A stretch of 64,000 nt of DNA from Pseudomonadota bacterium (GCA_041178425.1 JBEGVH010000030.1:192001-256000); one strand, 5' to 3'. Counted from the stretch's first letter, positions 1 through 10,032 are shown. Translations and numbers: made by a program. The notes: generated by a model not told the origin, from the sequence alone.

Positions 1-1573
1 TGCCTTGAGAGTCACGAACAAGACCGTGAATGATGATCTGCCGAAACGGAACATCGCGCTTGAACTCCAAGCCCATCATGATCATTCGAGCAACCCAAAA
101 GAAAATAATATCATGGCCCGTCACAAGCACATTAGTTGGGTAAAAAGTTTTCAAGGTTTCGGTTTCTTCGGGCCAACCCATGGTGCTAAATGGCCAAAGT
201 GCCGAACTAAACCACGTATCCAAAACATCTTCATCTTGTTCGAGAGACTTCGACTGACACTTTTCACAATAGCTCGGTTCAGTCTCAGACACAGTTGTAT
301 GATCGCAGTCTTTACAGTACCAAGCCGGGATACGGTGACCCCACCAGAGTTGGCGAGAAATACACCAATCTTCAATGATATTCATCCAATGCAAATAGGT
401 CTTCGTCCAAGACTCTGGTTCGAAGCGGATTGTTCCACTTTCAACTACGCGCTTTGCTGGAGTTGCTAAATGCTCAGTTTTAACGAACCATTGTTCGGAC
501 AGAAATGGCTCAACCACCGCGCCCGAACGAGAGCAATGTCCAACCGAATGAACATGAGGCTCTTCTTTTTCTAAAAGATCTAAGGCTCTCAAATCTTCCA
601 GTACTTTTTTGCGACCCTCATTCACCGAAAGGCCTTTATAAGAAGCTCCCGCATTTTCATTAAGACGGCACTGACGATCAAGAACACTAATCATTGGTAA
701 ATTATGGCGTTTACCCACTTTATAATCGTTAAAGTCATGCGCGGGCGTGATCTTAACAACCCCAGAACCAAACTCTTTATCAACGTAGGTGTCTGCAATA
801 ATAGGAATGGTTCTTTCAGTGAGCGGTAACTTTACTCGCTGACCAATGAGGGCCATATACCGTGGGTCTTCTGGGTGCACAGCCACGGCAACATCTCCCA
901 GAAGAGTTTCAGGACGCGTGGTCGCAACAATGAGAAACCCCGCTCCGTTTTCGAGGGGATACTTAATATGAAACATCGATCCTTTGATGCTTTTGTGTTC
1001 AACTTCAAGATCACTGATCGCGGTTTCCAGGGGTCCACTCCAGTTAACTAAGCGTTGTCCGCGATAGATCCAGCCTTTTTTATAGAGCGACACGAAAACT
1101 TTGCGGACTGATTTTGAAACTCCTTCATCGAGGGTAAAAACAGCCCGATCCCAGTCGCAAGAGTCGCCCATCCGACGCATTTGTCGATAAATGCGGTCGC
1201 CGTAGAGCTTTTTCCAATCCCAAACCTTCTCGAGAAACTTTTCTCTTCCGAGCCCAACGCGGGTTTCGCCGGTTTTCTTTAGCTCGCGCTCAACCACGGT
1301 TTGAGTTGCAATCCCGGCGTGATCAGTTCCTGGCAACCACATGGCATTAAAACCACTCATGCGCTTCCAACGAATCAAGACATCTTGAATGGTGTGATCA
1401 AGAGCGTGGCCCATATGAAGAAAACCGGTCACATTAGGGGGAGGTAAAATAATTGAATAAGGAGGCTTTGTAGAGCGATCTTGCGCTTTGAAATAGCCAG
1501 ACTCTTCCCACCAATTGTAGATGCGCCCTTCAACCTCTTGTGGATTGTAACGATCCGATATAATTTCAGACAT
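1..1573 (-). CDS. valS: Valine--tRNA ligase; N-terminal ~524 aa, continues beyond the window start
   Basis: Manual translation from the ATG at 1573 gives [11 protein letters not shown]...[15 protein letters not shown] (HIGH motif)...[11 protein letters not shown]. The same frame ends ...[12 protein letters not shown] at base 2, just before the expected KMSKS. Absent from the ORF track because there is no stop codon in the window. Confidence 0.97.
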   Translation of the reverse strand, partial: MSEIISDRYNPQEVEGRIYNWWEESGYFKAQDRSTKPPYSIILPPPNVTGFLHMGHALDHTIQDVLIRWKRMSGFNAMWLPGTDHAGIATQTVVERELKKTGETRVGLGREKFLEKVWDWKKLYGDRIYRQMRRMGDSCDWDRAVFTLDEGVSKSVRKVFVSLYKKGWIYRGQRLVNWSGPLETAISDLEVEHKSIKGSMFHIKYPLENGAGFLIVATTRPETLLGDVAVAVHPEDPRYMALIGQRVKLPLTERTIPIIADTYVDKEFGSGVVKITPAHDFNDYKVGKRHNLPMISVLDRQCRLNENAGASYKGLSVNEGRKKVLEDLRALDLLEKEEPHVHSVGHCSRSGAVVEPFLSEQWFVKTEHLATPAKRVVESGTIRFEPESWTKTYLHWMNIIEDWCISRQLWWGHRIPAWYCKDCDHTTVSETEPSYCEKCQSKSLEQDEDVLDTWFSSALWPFSTMGWPEETETLKTFYPTNVLVTGHDIIFFWVARMIMMGLEFKRDVPFRQIIIHGLVRDSQG

Positions 1574-1633
1574 ATTCACCGCCTTAGACACTATTTAAAC
1601 ACTTTAATTAATAACTTGTATGAGGAACTTCGG

Positions 1634-1975
1634 TCAACCGACCCCAGCCTCTGCCAGAATGTTCTGCCATCCACCCTTGACGTGGTAAATATTGAGAAAT
1701 CCTTTTTTTTCTAACATCTGCGAAACAAGCAGGCTTTCACTTCCTTGTTCACAGAGAACCACCAGTGGATGCTCAAACTTAAGACCCAAGCTTGTGACTG
1801 TTTCTAGGATCTCATTAGCATTCGCTTTGACGGCCTTTGCCATAAGCGGACGCAAATCAACGGGTGCCGTCTCAAAGTTAGGTTCGAAATTTAAAACCAA
1901 AAGTGTAAATGGAACCTTATTTCGCACGAGGTTTGATAACTGGAAATAGCCTACCTGTCCAACCGAATAATTCAT
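1634..1975 (-). CDS. Rhodanese-like domain protein
   Basis: VVLCEQGSES active-site loop and GFLNIYHVKGGW C-terminal signature. Confidence 0.8.
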   Translation of the reverse strand: MNYSVGQVGYFQLSNLVRNKVPFTLLVLNFEPNFETAPVDLRPLMAKAVKANANEILETVTSLGLKFEHPLVVLCEQGSESLLVSQMLEKKGFLNIYHVKGGWQNILAEAGVG

Positions 1976-3216
1976 AGATTTGCACTCCTCGAATCAGGAA
2001 GAGATTTAAAATTAATAAGAACAATAACTAAAGCCAATGCCCCAAGAATCATCGCAAAAGAGAAGGGGGCCGTAATTGAAAATGAATCGAAAAGCATGCC
2101 TCCCAAAAGCGGGCCAAGAATTCTCCCAAGCGAGGAAAGACTCTGAGCAATGCCTAAGTTTTCCCCCTGCTCAGTTTCAGAGCTTGCGAGACTAATACTT
2201 CCCAACATTGATGGGTTCACGCACCCGTTGCCTAGTGACAAGAGTGTCATGGCTACCGCTAATTGCTCGATCGATTGAGCAATGGCAATGCCACCCATAC
2301 CCATGGCAAAGGCAGCGAGTCCTGCCGCTGCAATGGCACGCTCTCCTAACATTGGAAGTAATCGCCGCACTAAAAACCCTTGAGTAAAAACAATTATAAT
2401 ACCAACGTAGGCAAAACCGTAACTCACCTTATCTGAGCTCCATCCAAAGTATTGGCCCACAAAAAGCACGAGAGTGGCCTCCATCGAGGCCATCGCCAAT
2501 CCACTCAAAAAATAAACTGAAAGCAAAGGTCGGAGCTTCGGTAATTCGAATTTGTTTAAAATTCCACGAAAACGGTTTAACTTATACTTTTCTGACACCG
2601 TTTTGCGCTTTTCTGGAGGCAGAGATTCTGGAAGTTTAAAATAAGCAAAGACAAAAGTTCCCAAGCACAAAGCCCCCACAAAAAGGGCCGCTACTGTTGA
2701 ACCAATGAGTGGTTCGCTCGAAAACTGTTTTGCCAAATGAATCATCGATCCGCCAATGGCGGGACCAATCACAAATCCTAACCCAAAGGCCACGCCAATC
2801 AGAGCCATTCCTTTTGATCGTTCTTTGGGGGGCGTGATATCCGAAATATACGCCGAAGCGGTTGACAGACTGGCACCAAAAAACCCTGCGAGCCCTCTCG
2901 CCAACAACAGCGACCAAAAATCTCGAGCGAAAGCGAACCATACATAAGTGAAAGCCTCTGCCAGCAAACATCCAACAAGAATCATCCTGCGCCCATGACG
3001 GTCGCTCAATTGACCCCAAAACGGGGCAAACAAAAACTGCATCAAGGAGTAAATGGCCATCAACCAGCCTACTTGAATTGCACTCCCCCCTAATTCTTTT
3101 CCTAGTAAAGGCAAGATGGGGATGATAATTCCAAATCCTACGAGATAGAGAAAAACTGTAAGGAAAATAAGCACTTTGGGTGCTTGGCCTGGGCCTGAAT
3201 AATTTTGTTGCTTCAT
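1972..3216 (-). CDS. MFS transporter, TetA/DHA1-like
   Basis: Motif A GQLSDRHGRR, motif C GFVIGPAIGG, about 12 hydrophobic segments. Confidence 0.92.
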   Translation of the reverse strand: MKQQNYSGPGQAPKVLIFLTVFLYLVGFGIIIPILPLLGKELGGSAIQVGWLMAIYSLMQFLFAPFWGQLSDRHGRRMILVGCLLAEAFTYVWFAFARDFWSLLLARGLAGFFGASLSTASAYISDITPPKERSKGMALIGVAFGLGFVIGPAIGGSMIHLAKQFSSEPLIGSTVAALFVGALCLGTFVFAYFKLPESLPPEKRKTVSEKYKLNRFRGILNKFELPKLRPLLSVYFLSGLAMASMEATLVLFVGQYFGWSSDKVSYGFAYVGIIIVFTQGFLVRRLLPMLGERAIAAAGLAAFAMGMGGIAIAQSIEQLAVAMTLLSLGNGCVNPSMLGSISLASSETEQGENLGIAQSLSSLGRILGPLLGGMLFDSFSITAPFSFAMILGALALVIVLINFKSLPDSRSANL

Positions 3217-3262
3217 AGTCCAGGCATATTGTCATTGCCCCCCAAAATTGTACAATATTTTA

Positions 3263-4240
3263 ATGATGAAACTGCTTGTTAGCCTGATTCTATTACCCTT
3301 GGGTCTCTTTGCTAAACCCCAACTAGGAAAAAATTTTCGCCCCGGATGGAGCGAAGGAGTCATGGGGTATGATACCTTTCACTCGGTCGGAAACTACACC
3401 GCCAATGGCGACATCCAGAGCCTACCTACTGCCAATAGTTTTTGGCAAACGACCAACCTCGATTTCGCCGGTCGCTACACCTTTGACCACTCTTGGGCGT
3501 TGACTGCTGGCGTAAATCACACCACCGCTCACACCTCGCTGGGCAACTTTTCACAGACCCAAAGTGGAATGCAGTCAGTTCGCGGATCCTTCGAGTATCG
3601 GTTCGACTACCCAGGCGCAGATATTGGCTTGGAGGGAATTGGTTTAGTGTCGATTCTGAGTATCGATCAAGGTTCCACAAAGCCTATTTATGGAGATGGA
3701 GCCCACGGCTTCGGTGGCAATCTCTGGTTTTTACAAAAATACGATAACATTCAGGTGCAAGCGAAAGGTGGTTTTCTCTATCGCAGCTCAGGTCTTTCAA
3801 GTTTAATACCGTACGAGATTGGCGCTCATTGGCGAACGGGCGACCTACTCCTCGGCGCTGTGGGTGAAGGCGCTTGGAGTGCCGGCCCAGATCAAGAGTC
3901 GGAACTCGTGCGCGCCAGTTTTCTCAGTCGAACGAGCGCGGGCAGCATGAACTTTCGGAGCTTCAACCCAAGCTATCATTTTATTGATTTTCAAGCCAAA
4001 TGGAATGCCACTAATCAATTTTCAATCACCGGGGGCCTAGGAACAACTTGGATGGGCAAAAACTTTAGTCAGGGAAACAGATATTTTCTTGGTATCAATA
4101 TTCTTTGGCAAGTGATCCGCCAAAGTGTGGAAAAAAGCCCGTTAAAAAATATCATAGTTAAGCCACCAAAAGCTCAAAAAAACCCAGACTCGGGCCCACT
4201 TTATCAAGAAGAAGACTACGAGAAACAATTGGGCCGTTAA
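3263..4240 (+). CDS. Secreted putative outer-membrane beta-barrel protein
   Basis: Signal peptide MMKLLVSLILLPLGLFA, then alternating aromatic/Gly strands. Start set at ATG 3263. Confidence 0.6.
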   Translation: MMKLLVSLILLPLGLFAKPQLGKNFRPGWSEGVMGYDTFHSVGNYTANGDIQSLPTANSFWQTTNLDFAGRYTFDHSWALTAGVNHTTAHTSLGNFSQTQSGMQSVRGSFEYRFDYPGADIGLEGIGLVSILSIDQGSTKPIYGDGAHGFGGNLWFLQKYDNIQVQAKGGFLYRSSGLSSLIPYEIGAHWRTGDLLLGAVGEGAWSAGPDQESELVRASFLSRTSAGSMNFRSFNPSYHFIDFQAKWNATNQFSITGGLGTTWMGKNFSQGNRYFLGINILWQVIRQSVEKSPLKNIIVKPPKAQKNPDSGPLYQEEDYEKQLGR

Positions 4241-4333
4241 GTAGCCCAATTATTATGATTTTCTGCAATGTTTATTGTGAGTTGCCGCATCCGTTGTTAG
4301 AGTTAGGGTTCAATCCTTTTTAATGGTGAAAAA

Positions 4334-4747
4334 ATGAGTGATGACGTAAAAATATACATGGGTAACTTTTGGGTGCAAAGCGAAGGTGGAACAATCACCC
4401 TCGGACTAACAGAAGAAACAATTGCAGACTTCGACGAAATTGTTTCTTTCGACTTTCCTGAGGAACAACAAAACGTAGAAGCTGATGAAGTCTGCGGTAC
4501 CATCGAAACAAACGATGGCCCGATTGATATTTACAGCCCCGTCTCTGGGTCTGTCATTGAAGTGAACACCACCCTCATTGAAGATTCCTCGGTGTTAATG
4601 GAAGATCCCACCGGCGAGGGCTGGTTGCTCAAATTTACTGCCGATGAAGATTATGAAGATGAGGATGAAGACGAAGACGACGAAGATGACCTCGATGATG
4701 AAGATGAAGACGAGGATGACGACTACGAGGATGAGGACGAAGATTAG
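4334..4747 (+). CDS. Glycine cleavage H-like protein with an acidic tail; lipoyl Lys absent
   Basis: ITLGLT...GTIETNDGPIDIYSPVSGSVIEVN...DPTGEGWL matches the GcvH fold; the C-terminal ~34 aa are almost all D/E. Confidence 0.85.
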   Translation: MSDDVKIYMGNFWVQSEGGTITLGLTEETIADFDEIVSFDFPEEQQNVEADEVCGTIETNDGPIDIYSPVSGSVIEVNTTLIEDSSVLMEDPTGEGWLLKFTADEDYEDEDEDEDDEDDLDDEDEDEDDDYEDEDED

Positions 4748-4799
4748 TTCCTACAATCCCTGAGCCAAAAATTGTTCTTCCCAACATTTAAAACTGTTT

Positions 4800-4838
4800 A
4801 AGTGGGGGCACGTTAGATTTAAGCGTGGCCCCACTTTT
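4800..4838 (+). terminator. Hairpin with short T-run after the gcvH-like gene
   Basis: aagtgggggcacg / cgtggccccactt inverted repeat (1 mismatch) followed by TT. Confidence 0.45.
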
Positions 4839-4841
4839 GCT
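4826..4841 (+). promoter_or_regulatory. Putative sigma-54 (-24/-12) promoter
   Basis: TGGCCCCACTTTTGCT gives GG-N10-GC with TTGC, 55 bp upstream of the GGAGG-ATG at 4896. Confidence 0.6.
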
Positions 4842-4895
4842 TCCCCTCCTGGGTGGCCTTTTGTGTTTCTTGAAAGGTCGATACGGGAGGTTCTC

Positions 4896-6365
4896 ATGCG
4901 TCAGCAAAAAAGCGCAGCAATTCTAATGGGTTTACTTGCACTGACCTTAGCTAGTGGGTGCACACTACGACAACGTAATAAACCCAGCGACAAAGACAAC
5001 AACGCTCAACCAAAAGTGAGCATGGCGACGCCGACACCAACACCCGGTGCTAATGGGGCTCCTCAAGTACCCTATTCTGGAACGCCCGGAAAAGTAGATC
5101 CTCAAATTCAAATTGATTTTGATGAGTACAACAATCCAAGTCTTTCGGATGATGATGAATCGGAAGAGAGCTACGAACCCACTCTAACAGGCAAAAAGCG
5201 TTTTACGGGTTATACGAATGAAGCTGGATTTGCCTATACCGATGCAAGCACCGACTTTTTATTGCCTTACCTTAGAACTGTTCATAATGAATCATCTGAG
5301 ACCCATTCAAAAAAACTGTCTGAGAACTTTGCCAAAAAGATTCGAGATATTAAGATCCTTAATACCACGGGTGGGCAAGTGACTATTCGTGTTCGCTACG
5401 AAGTGGGTGATCACAGAACGGCCACCGTAAAACTTTCTGGCCCTCTTAAAATGAGCGGTCGGTATGCGGCCCTCTCAGAAAAATCCACCAAATCTGGTAG
5501 CAAAAAGCAATCTGCTTCGAAGTCATGGTCTGAAGGTGTTGATGATTACTCCGCCAGTGCGGACATTGTTCCGATGTCACCGGGCGAAATTCCAAAGATG
5601 ACTCCCACACCGATTGCAAGCCCCACTGGAACCCCTGTGGCTCAAACGCCGGTGGAAAATCCTAAGCAAAAACCAACAGAACCTTCACCTTCAAAACCTG
5701 CCAAAAAGCACAAGAAACACGTCTCTCACTCTGATGCGGGTATGCTGGGAGAACTCCGTTGTATCGATTTAGCTAAACGAGGAAAATGCGCCCATTACCT
5801 CTTAAGACTTATCTTAAATACTCGTGATGGCGAGGCTGTTGCTGAAGCCGTGATTCGCCGTACGAGCGCCACCCTCAGCATCACTCCTCCTCGCGTAGAG
5901 ACTCGAGATCCTCGTGTTCGAATGCTCAGAGAAATTCTCTATAATTCCTCCCTTAGAAACCCACAAGGGCCTCACATTTCAAGTTTTGATATGCAAACTT
6001 GGGCCGTCATGAATGGCCGCTCTGAATTCCAATTGCATTTGCAAACAGATCAAAATGAACATCTCTATTTTGCCGGCCCTCTTCTTACAGCATTTGGCGG
6101 AGAGCCAATCAACGTGCTTTTGAAACGGAATCCCAACACGTCTGAATCAGACAGTGGTCGATGGATGTCAACGAGCGCAGGTTTTATGACTTCGATGATT
6201 GATTCGGCTCGTCTGGTTAAAAATAATGGCCGAGGAACGATCAAAATTGACCTCATTATTGCTGACCATCAAACACAAGAACCGGTCACCTTCGGCATGA
6301 CATTCACACGAATGTTGCCTCCGATTTTAGATTTAACTCAAGATTCCCTCTATTTTAACCCTTAA
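4896..6365 (+). CDS. Hypothetical lipoprotein with Pro/Thr-rich linkers
   Basis: GGAGG RBS before ATG 4896; lipobox LASGC; PTPTP segments. Confidence 0.75.
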   Translation: MRQQKSAAILMGLLALTLASGCTLRQRNKPSDKDNNAQPKVSMATPTPTPGANGAPQVPYSGTPGKVDPQIQIDFDEYNNPSLSDDDESEESYEPTLTGKKRFTGYTNEAGFAYTDASTDFLLPYLRTVHNESSETHSKKLSENFAKKIRDIKILNTTGGQVTIRVRYEVGDHRTATVKLSGPLKMSGRYAALSEKSTKSGSKKQSASKSWSEGVDDYSASADIVPMSPGEIPKMTPTPIASPTGTPVAQTPVENPKQKPTEPSPSKPAKKHKKHVSHSDAGMLGELRCIDLAKRGKCAHYLLRLILNTRDGEAVAEAVIRRTSATLSITPPRVETRDPRVRMLREILYNSSLRNPQGPHISSFDMQTWAVMNGRSEFQLHLQTDQNEHLYFAGPLLTAFGGEPINVLLKRNPNTSESDSGRWMSTSAGFMTSMIDSARLVKNNGRGTIKIDLIIADHQTQEPVTFGMTFTRMLPPILDLTQDSLYFNP

Positions 6366-6495
6366 TTGGGTTTGAATAGTTGGTTGTTCCCTCCCTCCGA
6401 ACCCGATGGGCCCTCCTATCGGGTTCACTTTTTTTGGGGTGGATTTTAAAGAACTCCTCGGGTATTTCTAGAGGCCTTAAACACAGGGAGTGGGT

Positions 6496-7500
6496 ATGTA
6501 CATCGTTACCGGAGCCAATGGTTTTATAGGCAGCGCCATGGTATGGGAGCTCAATCAAAAAGGCATTAACGACATCGTGTGTGTTGATACCGTGCCACTA
6601 TCAGAACGCTCTGAGCCCCTGGCTGGTAGCCAATTTACTGACTTTGTTTTGACTCCGGATCTCTGGAGCTATCTCAACGAAATGGCCCAACCACAAAAAA
6701 CCGTGAAGGCCGTGATTCACATGGGTGCCTGTTCTTCGACAACCGAGATGAATACGCAGTTTCTCTATGAGAATAATACCTACTACACTCAGCGTCTGTT
6801 TGAATGGTGTCGCGAACACAAGATAGTTTTTATTTATGCCAGCAGCGCCGCCACCTATGGCGCTGGGGAGCATGGTTTTTCGGATACCACCGACCCCGAA
6901 ATTTTAAAACCACTGAACCCCTATGGTTTTTCAAAAGTTGCTTTTGATCGCTGGGTACTAAAGAATGGCCAGAACTCAACGCCGTGGTATGGATTAAAAT
7001 TTTTCAACGTTTTTGGCCCCAACGAATACCACAAAGGACCGATGTCGAGCCTTGTTTACAAGGCCTTTCATCAAGTTCTTGAAACGGGCGAGCTCGGACT
7101 TTTTAAAAGCTACGACCCCAATTACGAAGACGGAAAACAATTAAGAGACTTTGTTTATATTAAAGATGTCACTCGATGGATGTGGGAGCTTTTAGAGAAA
7201 AGGCCTGCGTCGGGAATTTATAACATGGGTTTTGGAAAAGCGCGAAGTTGGCTTGATTTAGCCAACGGAGTTTTTTCATCCCTCAATAAAGCACTAAAAA
7301 TTAAATGGCTCGAAATGCCCGATAACATAAAGGGCCAATATCAATATTTTACTGAAGCCGATATGAAAACATGGAAATCCATTGGCATGAGTGAACCGCA
7401 ATGGAGTTTAGAGGCAGGGGTAAAGGATTACATTCAAAGTTACCTCCTTTCGCGAACCAATCTTTCGAAGGCCCCTGTGAAAAAGGAAAATAATGAGTAA
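6496..7500 (+). CDS. rfaD: ADP-L-glycero-D-manno-heptose 6-epimerase
   Basis: IVTGANGFIGS, HMGACSSTTE, YASSAATYG, PLNPYGFSK, FNVFGPNEYHKG. Confidence 0.95.
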   Translation: MYIVTGANGFIGSAMVWELNQKGINDIVCVDTVPLSERSEPLAGSQFTDFVLTPDLWSYLNEMAQPQKTVKAVIHMGACSSTTEMNTQFLYENNTYYTQRLFEWCREHKIVFIYASSAATYGAGEHGFSDTTDPEILKPLNPYGFSKVAFDRWVLKNGQNSTPWYGLKFFNVFGPNEYHKGPMSSLVYKAFHQVLETGELGLFKSYDPNYEDGKQLRDFVYIKDVTRWMWELLEKRPASGIYNMGFGKARSWLDLANGVFSSLNKALKIKWLEMPDNIKGQYQYFTEADMKTWKSIGMSEPQWSLEAGVKDYIQSYLLSRTNLSKAPVKKENNE

Positions 7501-8368
7501 GCTGAAGCTGAAAAATGAAATTCATTTTGAAATTCATTATGAAATTCATGTTGTCCTCGTGAAATCGATTTATACATCAAACGTAGGTTCGGTTTCGAGA
7601 GCCATGAGCAATATGGGTGCTCATCAACTTCATTTGGTTCAACCTCAGTGTGTGATTGATTATGATGCACAGCAAATGGCTGCCAATGGGCAAGAGGGTC
7701 TCTCGAACCGTAAAGAGTATTCTACTTGGGACGACTTTTTTGCCCTAAACCCCGATGGAATTCGCGTGGCACTAACGGCGCGAGATGGTCGCGCGCGACA
7801 ACTTTACGACCTCAAGTCGGGCTTACAATTTATTGCAGGCCTGCCCGAAACTAAGCGATCGCCAGCAAATAAACTCTATTTAATATTTGGCCCCGAAGAT
7901 TGTGGGCTCTCTGGCGAAGAAATTGATTTAGCTCACTTTGCCTGTTCTCTCCCAACCTTTGGTGCAAATTGGAGTCTGAATCTTGCTCAAGCTGTCTTAT
8001 TGGCTCTATTCATCACTCGCGACACATGGGGTGGCACACGTACGACTCTCGAGGGTCAGTTCCTCCCTCGAGAGATTCGCCAAAAAGAGGATCTAAAAAC
8101 AAGCAATCAGCTTCCCGAAAAAGTCATTAGAGACTGGATTGAGACTCTGGGATTTGACCTTTCTAAACGACGAATGAATGCTTATACAGTTCTTCGCCGC
8201 GTTCTTTTGCACAATGTTCCCAGCACCAAAGAGCTACGCATACTCGAAGTGGTTCTTCAGCAAACTCTTCGTAAATTAAAAGAGCACAGAATCCTCACTG
8301 GCGGTAAACCATTTAAGGCTCCTGCCGAGAATAAAACAGATAATTACAGTTCATCACGCCAAGAATAA
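7493..8368 (+). CDS. SPOUT RNA methyltransferase, TrmJ/TrmH family
   Basis: NVGSVSRAMSNMG, LIFGPEDCGL, SLNLAQAV. Confidence 0.9.
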   Translation: MSKLKLKNEIHFEIHYEIHVVLVKSIYTSNVGSVSRAMSNMGAHQLHLVQPQCVIDYDAQQMAANGQEGLSNRKEYSTWDDFFALNPDGIRVALTARDGRARQLYDLKSGLQFIAGLPETKRSPANKLYLIFGPEDCGLSGEEIDLAHFACSLPTFGANWSLNLAQAVLLALFITRDTWGGTRTTLEGQFLPREIRQKEDLKTSNQLPEKVIRDWIETLGFDLSKRRMNAYTVLRRVLLHNVPSTKELRILEVVLQQTLRKLKEHRILTGGKPFKAPAENKTDNYSSSRQE

Positions 8369-8404
8369 ACAACTCCACTCGCCACAAAACAAAAACGAGC
8401 GATC

Positions 8405-8536
8405 CCTTCGACCGCTGGGCTCCCCCAGGGTCTTCGGAATTCGAGTTCGGAGCGCAGCCGGGGGAACTTGTTCCAGCGGCGAGCACCGCTTGTTCGCTGA
8501 ATTACGGAGACCCTGGGGGAGCCCAGCGGTCGAAGG
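8405..8536. repeat. GC-rich palindromic intergenic element with a perfect 29-bp inverted repeat
   Basis: 8405-8433 ccttcgaccgctgggctcccccagggtct is the exact reverse complement of 8508-8536. Confidence 0.9.
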
Positions 8537-8546
8537 AATTCGCGCC

Positions 8547-8852
8547 TTACTTATTTTCCACTGCTGGAATCTCAGCGATAAGATCACTGATGGGTTCGTT
8601 CTGACAGGCTAAACGCTCATTGAGAGAAAAACCTCGATCAGAGATAATTTCTTGTTCGATCTCATTGGGTGGCGAAAGCTTTTCGAGGCCTTGATGAATA
8701 ATGACTCGACAGGTTCCACAAGTGCCCATTCCACCGCAGCTATGGTGGATCGGGAGGCGCGCCCTGAGCGCCGCATCTAGCAAGGTGTCGCCGGGCTTTA
8801 CCTTCGCCTCAACTTCTTGCTCATTTATGATGAATTTCTGTTTCTTTACCAT
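8547..8852 (-). CDS. 2Fe-2S ferredoxin
   Basis: CGGMGTCGTC...RLACQ. Confidence 0.93.
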   Translation of the reverse strand: MVKKQKFIINEQEVEAKVKPGDTLLDAALRARLPIHHSCGGMGTCGTCRVIIHQGLEKLSPPNEIEQEIISDRGFSLNERLACQNEPISDLIAEIPAVENK

Positions 8853-9015
8853 ACCTTAGAGTATTCTAGAGTCTCTTTGAGCAGAGTGCAAAAGGTCTTC
8901 GCTCTGATCGCCAAATATCGGGGCTCCGAAACCCTTGTCATCAGCTCTTGAGTTGAGTATCAAAGGAAGATCATTTTACAGACCATGCCTTGTGTTGAGG
9001 CCCAAAGGAGTCCCT

Positions 9016-9636
9016 ATGCGCTTTATCGCTTTTGACGTCGAAACGACTGGAACCGTTCCTGGAGTGGATACGATCATTGAAATTGGAGCGGTAAGATTCA
9101 TTGATGGCATGGTCGATGCTGTTTTCTCAACCTTAATTGATCCACTAAGACCCATCCCGCCAGGAGCAAGCCAAGTGAATGGAATCTCTGATGAGATGGT
9201 TCGAGGAAAACCTCTTATTCAAGATCTGCTAGATCCTTTGGCGGATTTTTGTGGGGATGACATCATGGTGGCCCACAATGCCCCCTTCGATGCCCAATTT
9301 CTAACGGCCTCTATTAAAAAGTTTGAATCCAAGGCCCCGCAAGGTTTGGTTTTAGATACACTCGCTATTTCTCGAAAAATTATTCCTGGGCTACCTAACT
9401 ATAAGCTAGGGACTCTCGTGCAGCATCTCAATATACCGACGACCGATTTTCACCGAGCAGAAGAAGATGCCACCTATTGCGGGCACTTATTTATAAATTT
9501 GGTTCGCAGAATGTCTGGTAACACCAATCAAATGCCCTTGGCCAACTTAGTTACTCTTACGGGTAAGACCGAAATTCGATTTCCACAGATCGAAAAGCAA
9601 CCCAAGCAGCTCGATCTGTTTTCGCTATTTGAATAA
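9016..9636 (+). CDS. DEDDh 3'-5' exonuclease (DnaQ/epsilon-like)
   Basis: AFDVETTG, VAHNAPFD, HRAEEDA; AGGAG RBS before ATG 9016. Confidence 0.9.
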   Translation: MRFIAFDVETTGTVPGVDTIIEIGAVRFIDGMVDAVFSTLIDPLRPIPPGASQVNGISDEMVRGKPLIQDLLDPLADFCGDDIMVAHNAPFDAQFLTASIKKFESKAPQGLVLDTLAISRKIIPGLPNYKLGTLVQHLNIPTTDFHRAEEDATYCGHLFINLVRRMSGNTNQMPLANLVTLTGKTEIRFPQIEKQPKQLDLFSLFE

Positions 9637-9639
9637 TGA

Positions 9640-10032
9640 CTAAATATTGAGAGACTCTTCGGTGCTAACTTCGATGGGACGTCTTCCTGAGTAACCATCG
9701 TTGTATCCGTGCCAGAACTTGATATCGAGTTCTGGATATTTCCAACAAAAATAGCCCTGCCCCATATCAAAATCGACGAGCCACATACCCTTGGGTGCGA
9801 GTCCTAGCTTTAGAACTTTAGATTCCCATCGTTCTAAAAGTGCTTGCGCAGACTCTTCAAGCTGTTGTGCTTTTTGCAGGTCTTCGAGCTGTTGAGCCGC
9901 AGAGATTTGCCCCTTGAGTGTTTGCATCTCTTCATCAATTTCGGATGTGATTTTATAGACCAAGGGTAAAATTTCCCTCGCCGTTTCCACCGAATAGATG
10001 CCCCGCCGATTTAGCTCGAAGACCGTCCCCAT
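9640..10032 (-). CDS. DUF2203-family protein
   Basis: PKGMWLVDF...YFCWKYPE...FWHGYNDGYSGRRPI. Confidence 0.75.
   Translation of the reverse strand: MGTVFELNRRGIYSVETAREILPLVYKITSEIDEEMQTLKGQISAAQQLEDLQKAQQLEESAQALLERWESKVLKLGLAPKGMWLVDFDMGQGYFCWKYPELDIKFWHGYNDGYSGRRPIEVSTEESLNI

Noticed and set aside
1..1573. Apparent fragmentation or pseudogene at the window start (several short ORFs in the track)
   Set aside because: These are alternative-frame or antisense ORFs. The valS frame is consistent at its start, middle and the window edge, and it is untracked only because its stop codon lies outside the window.
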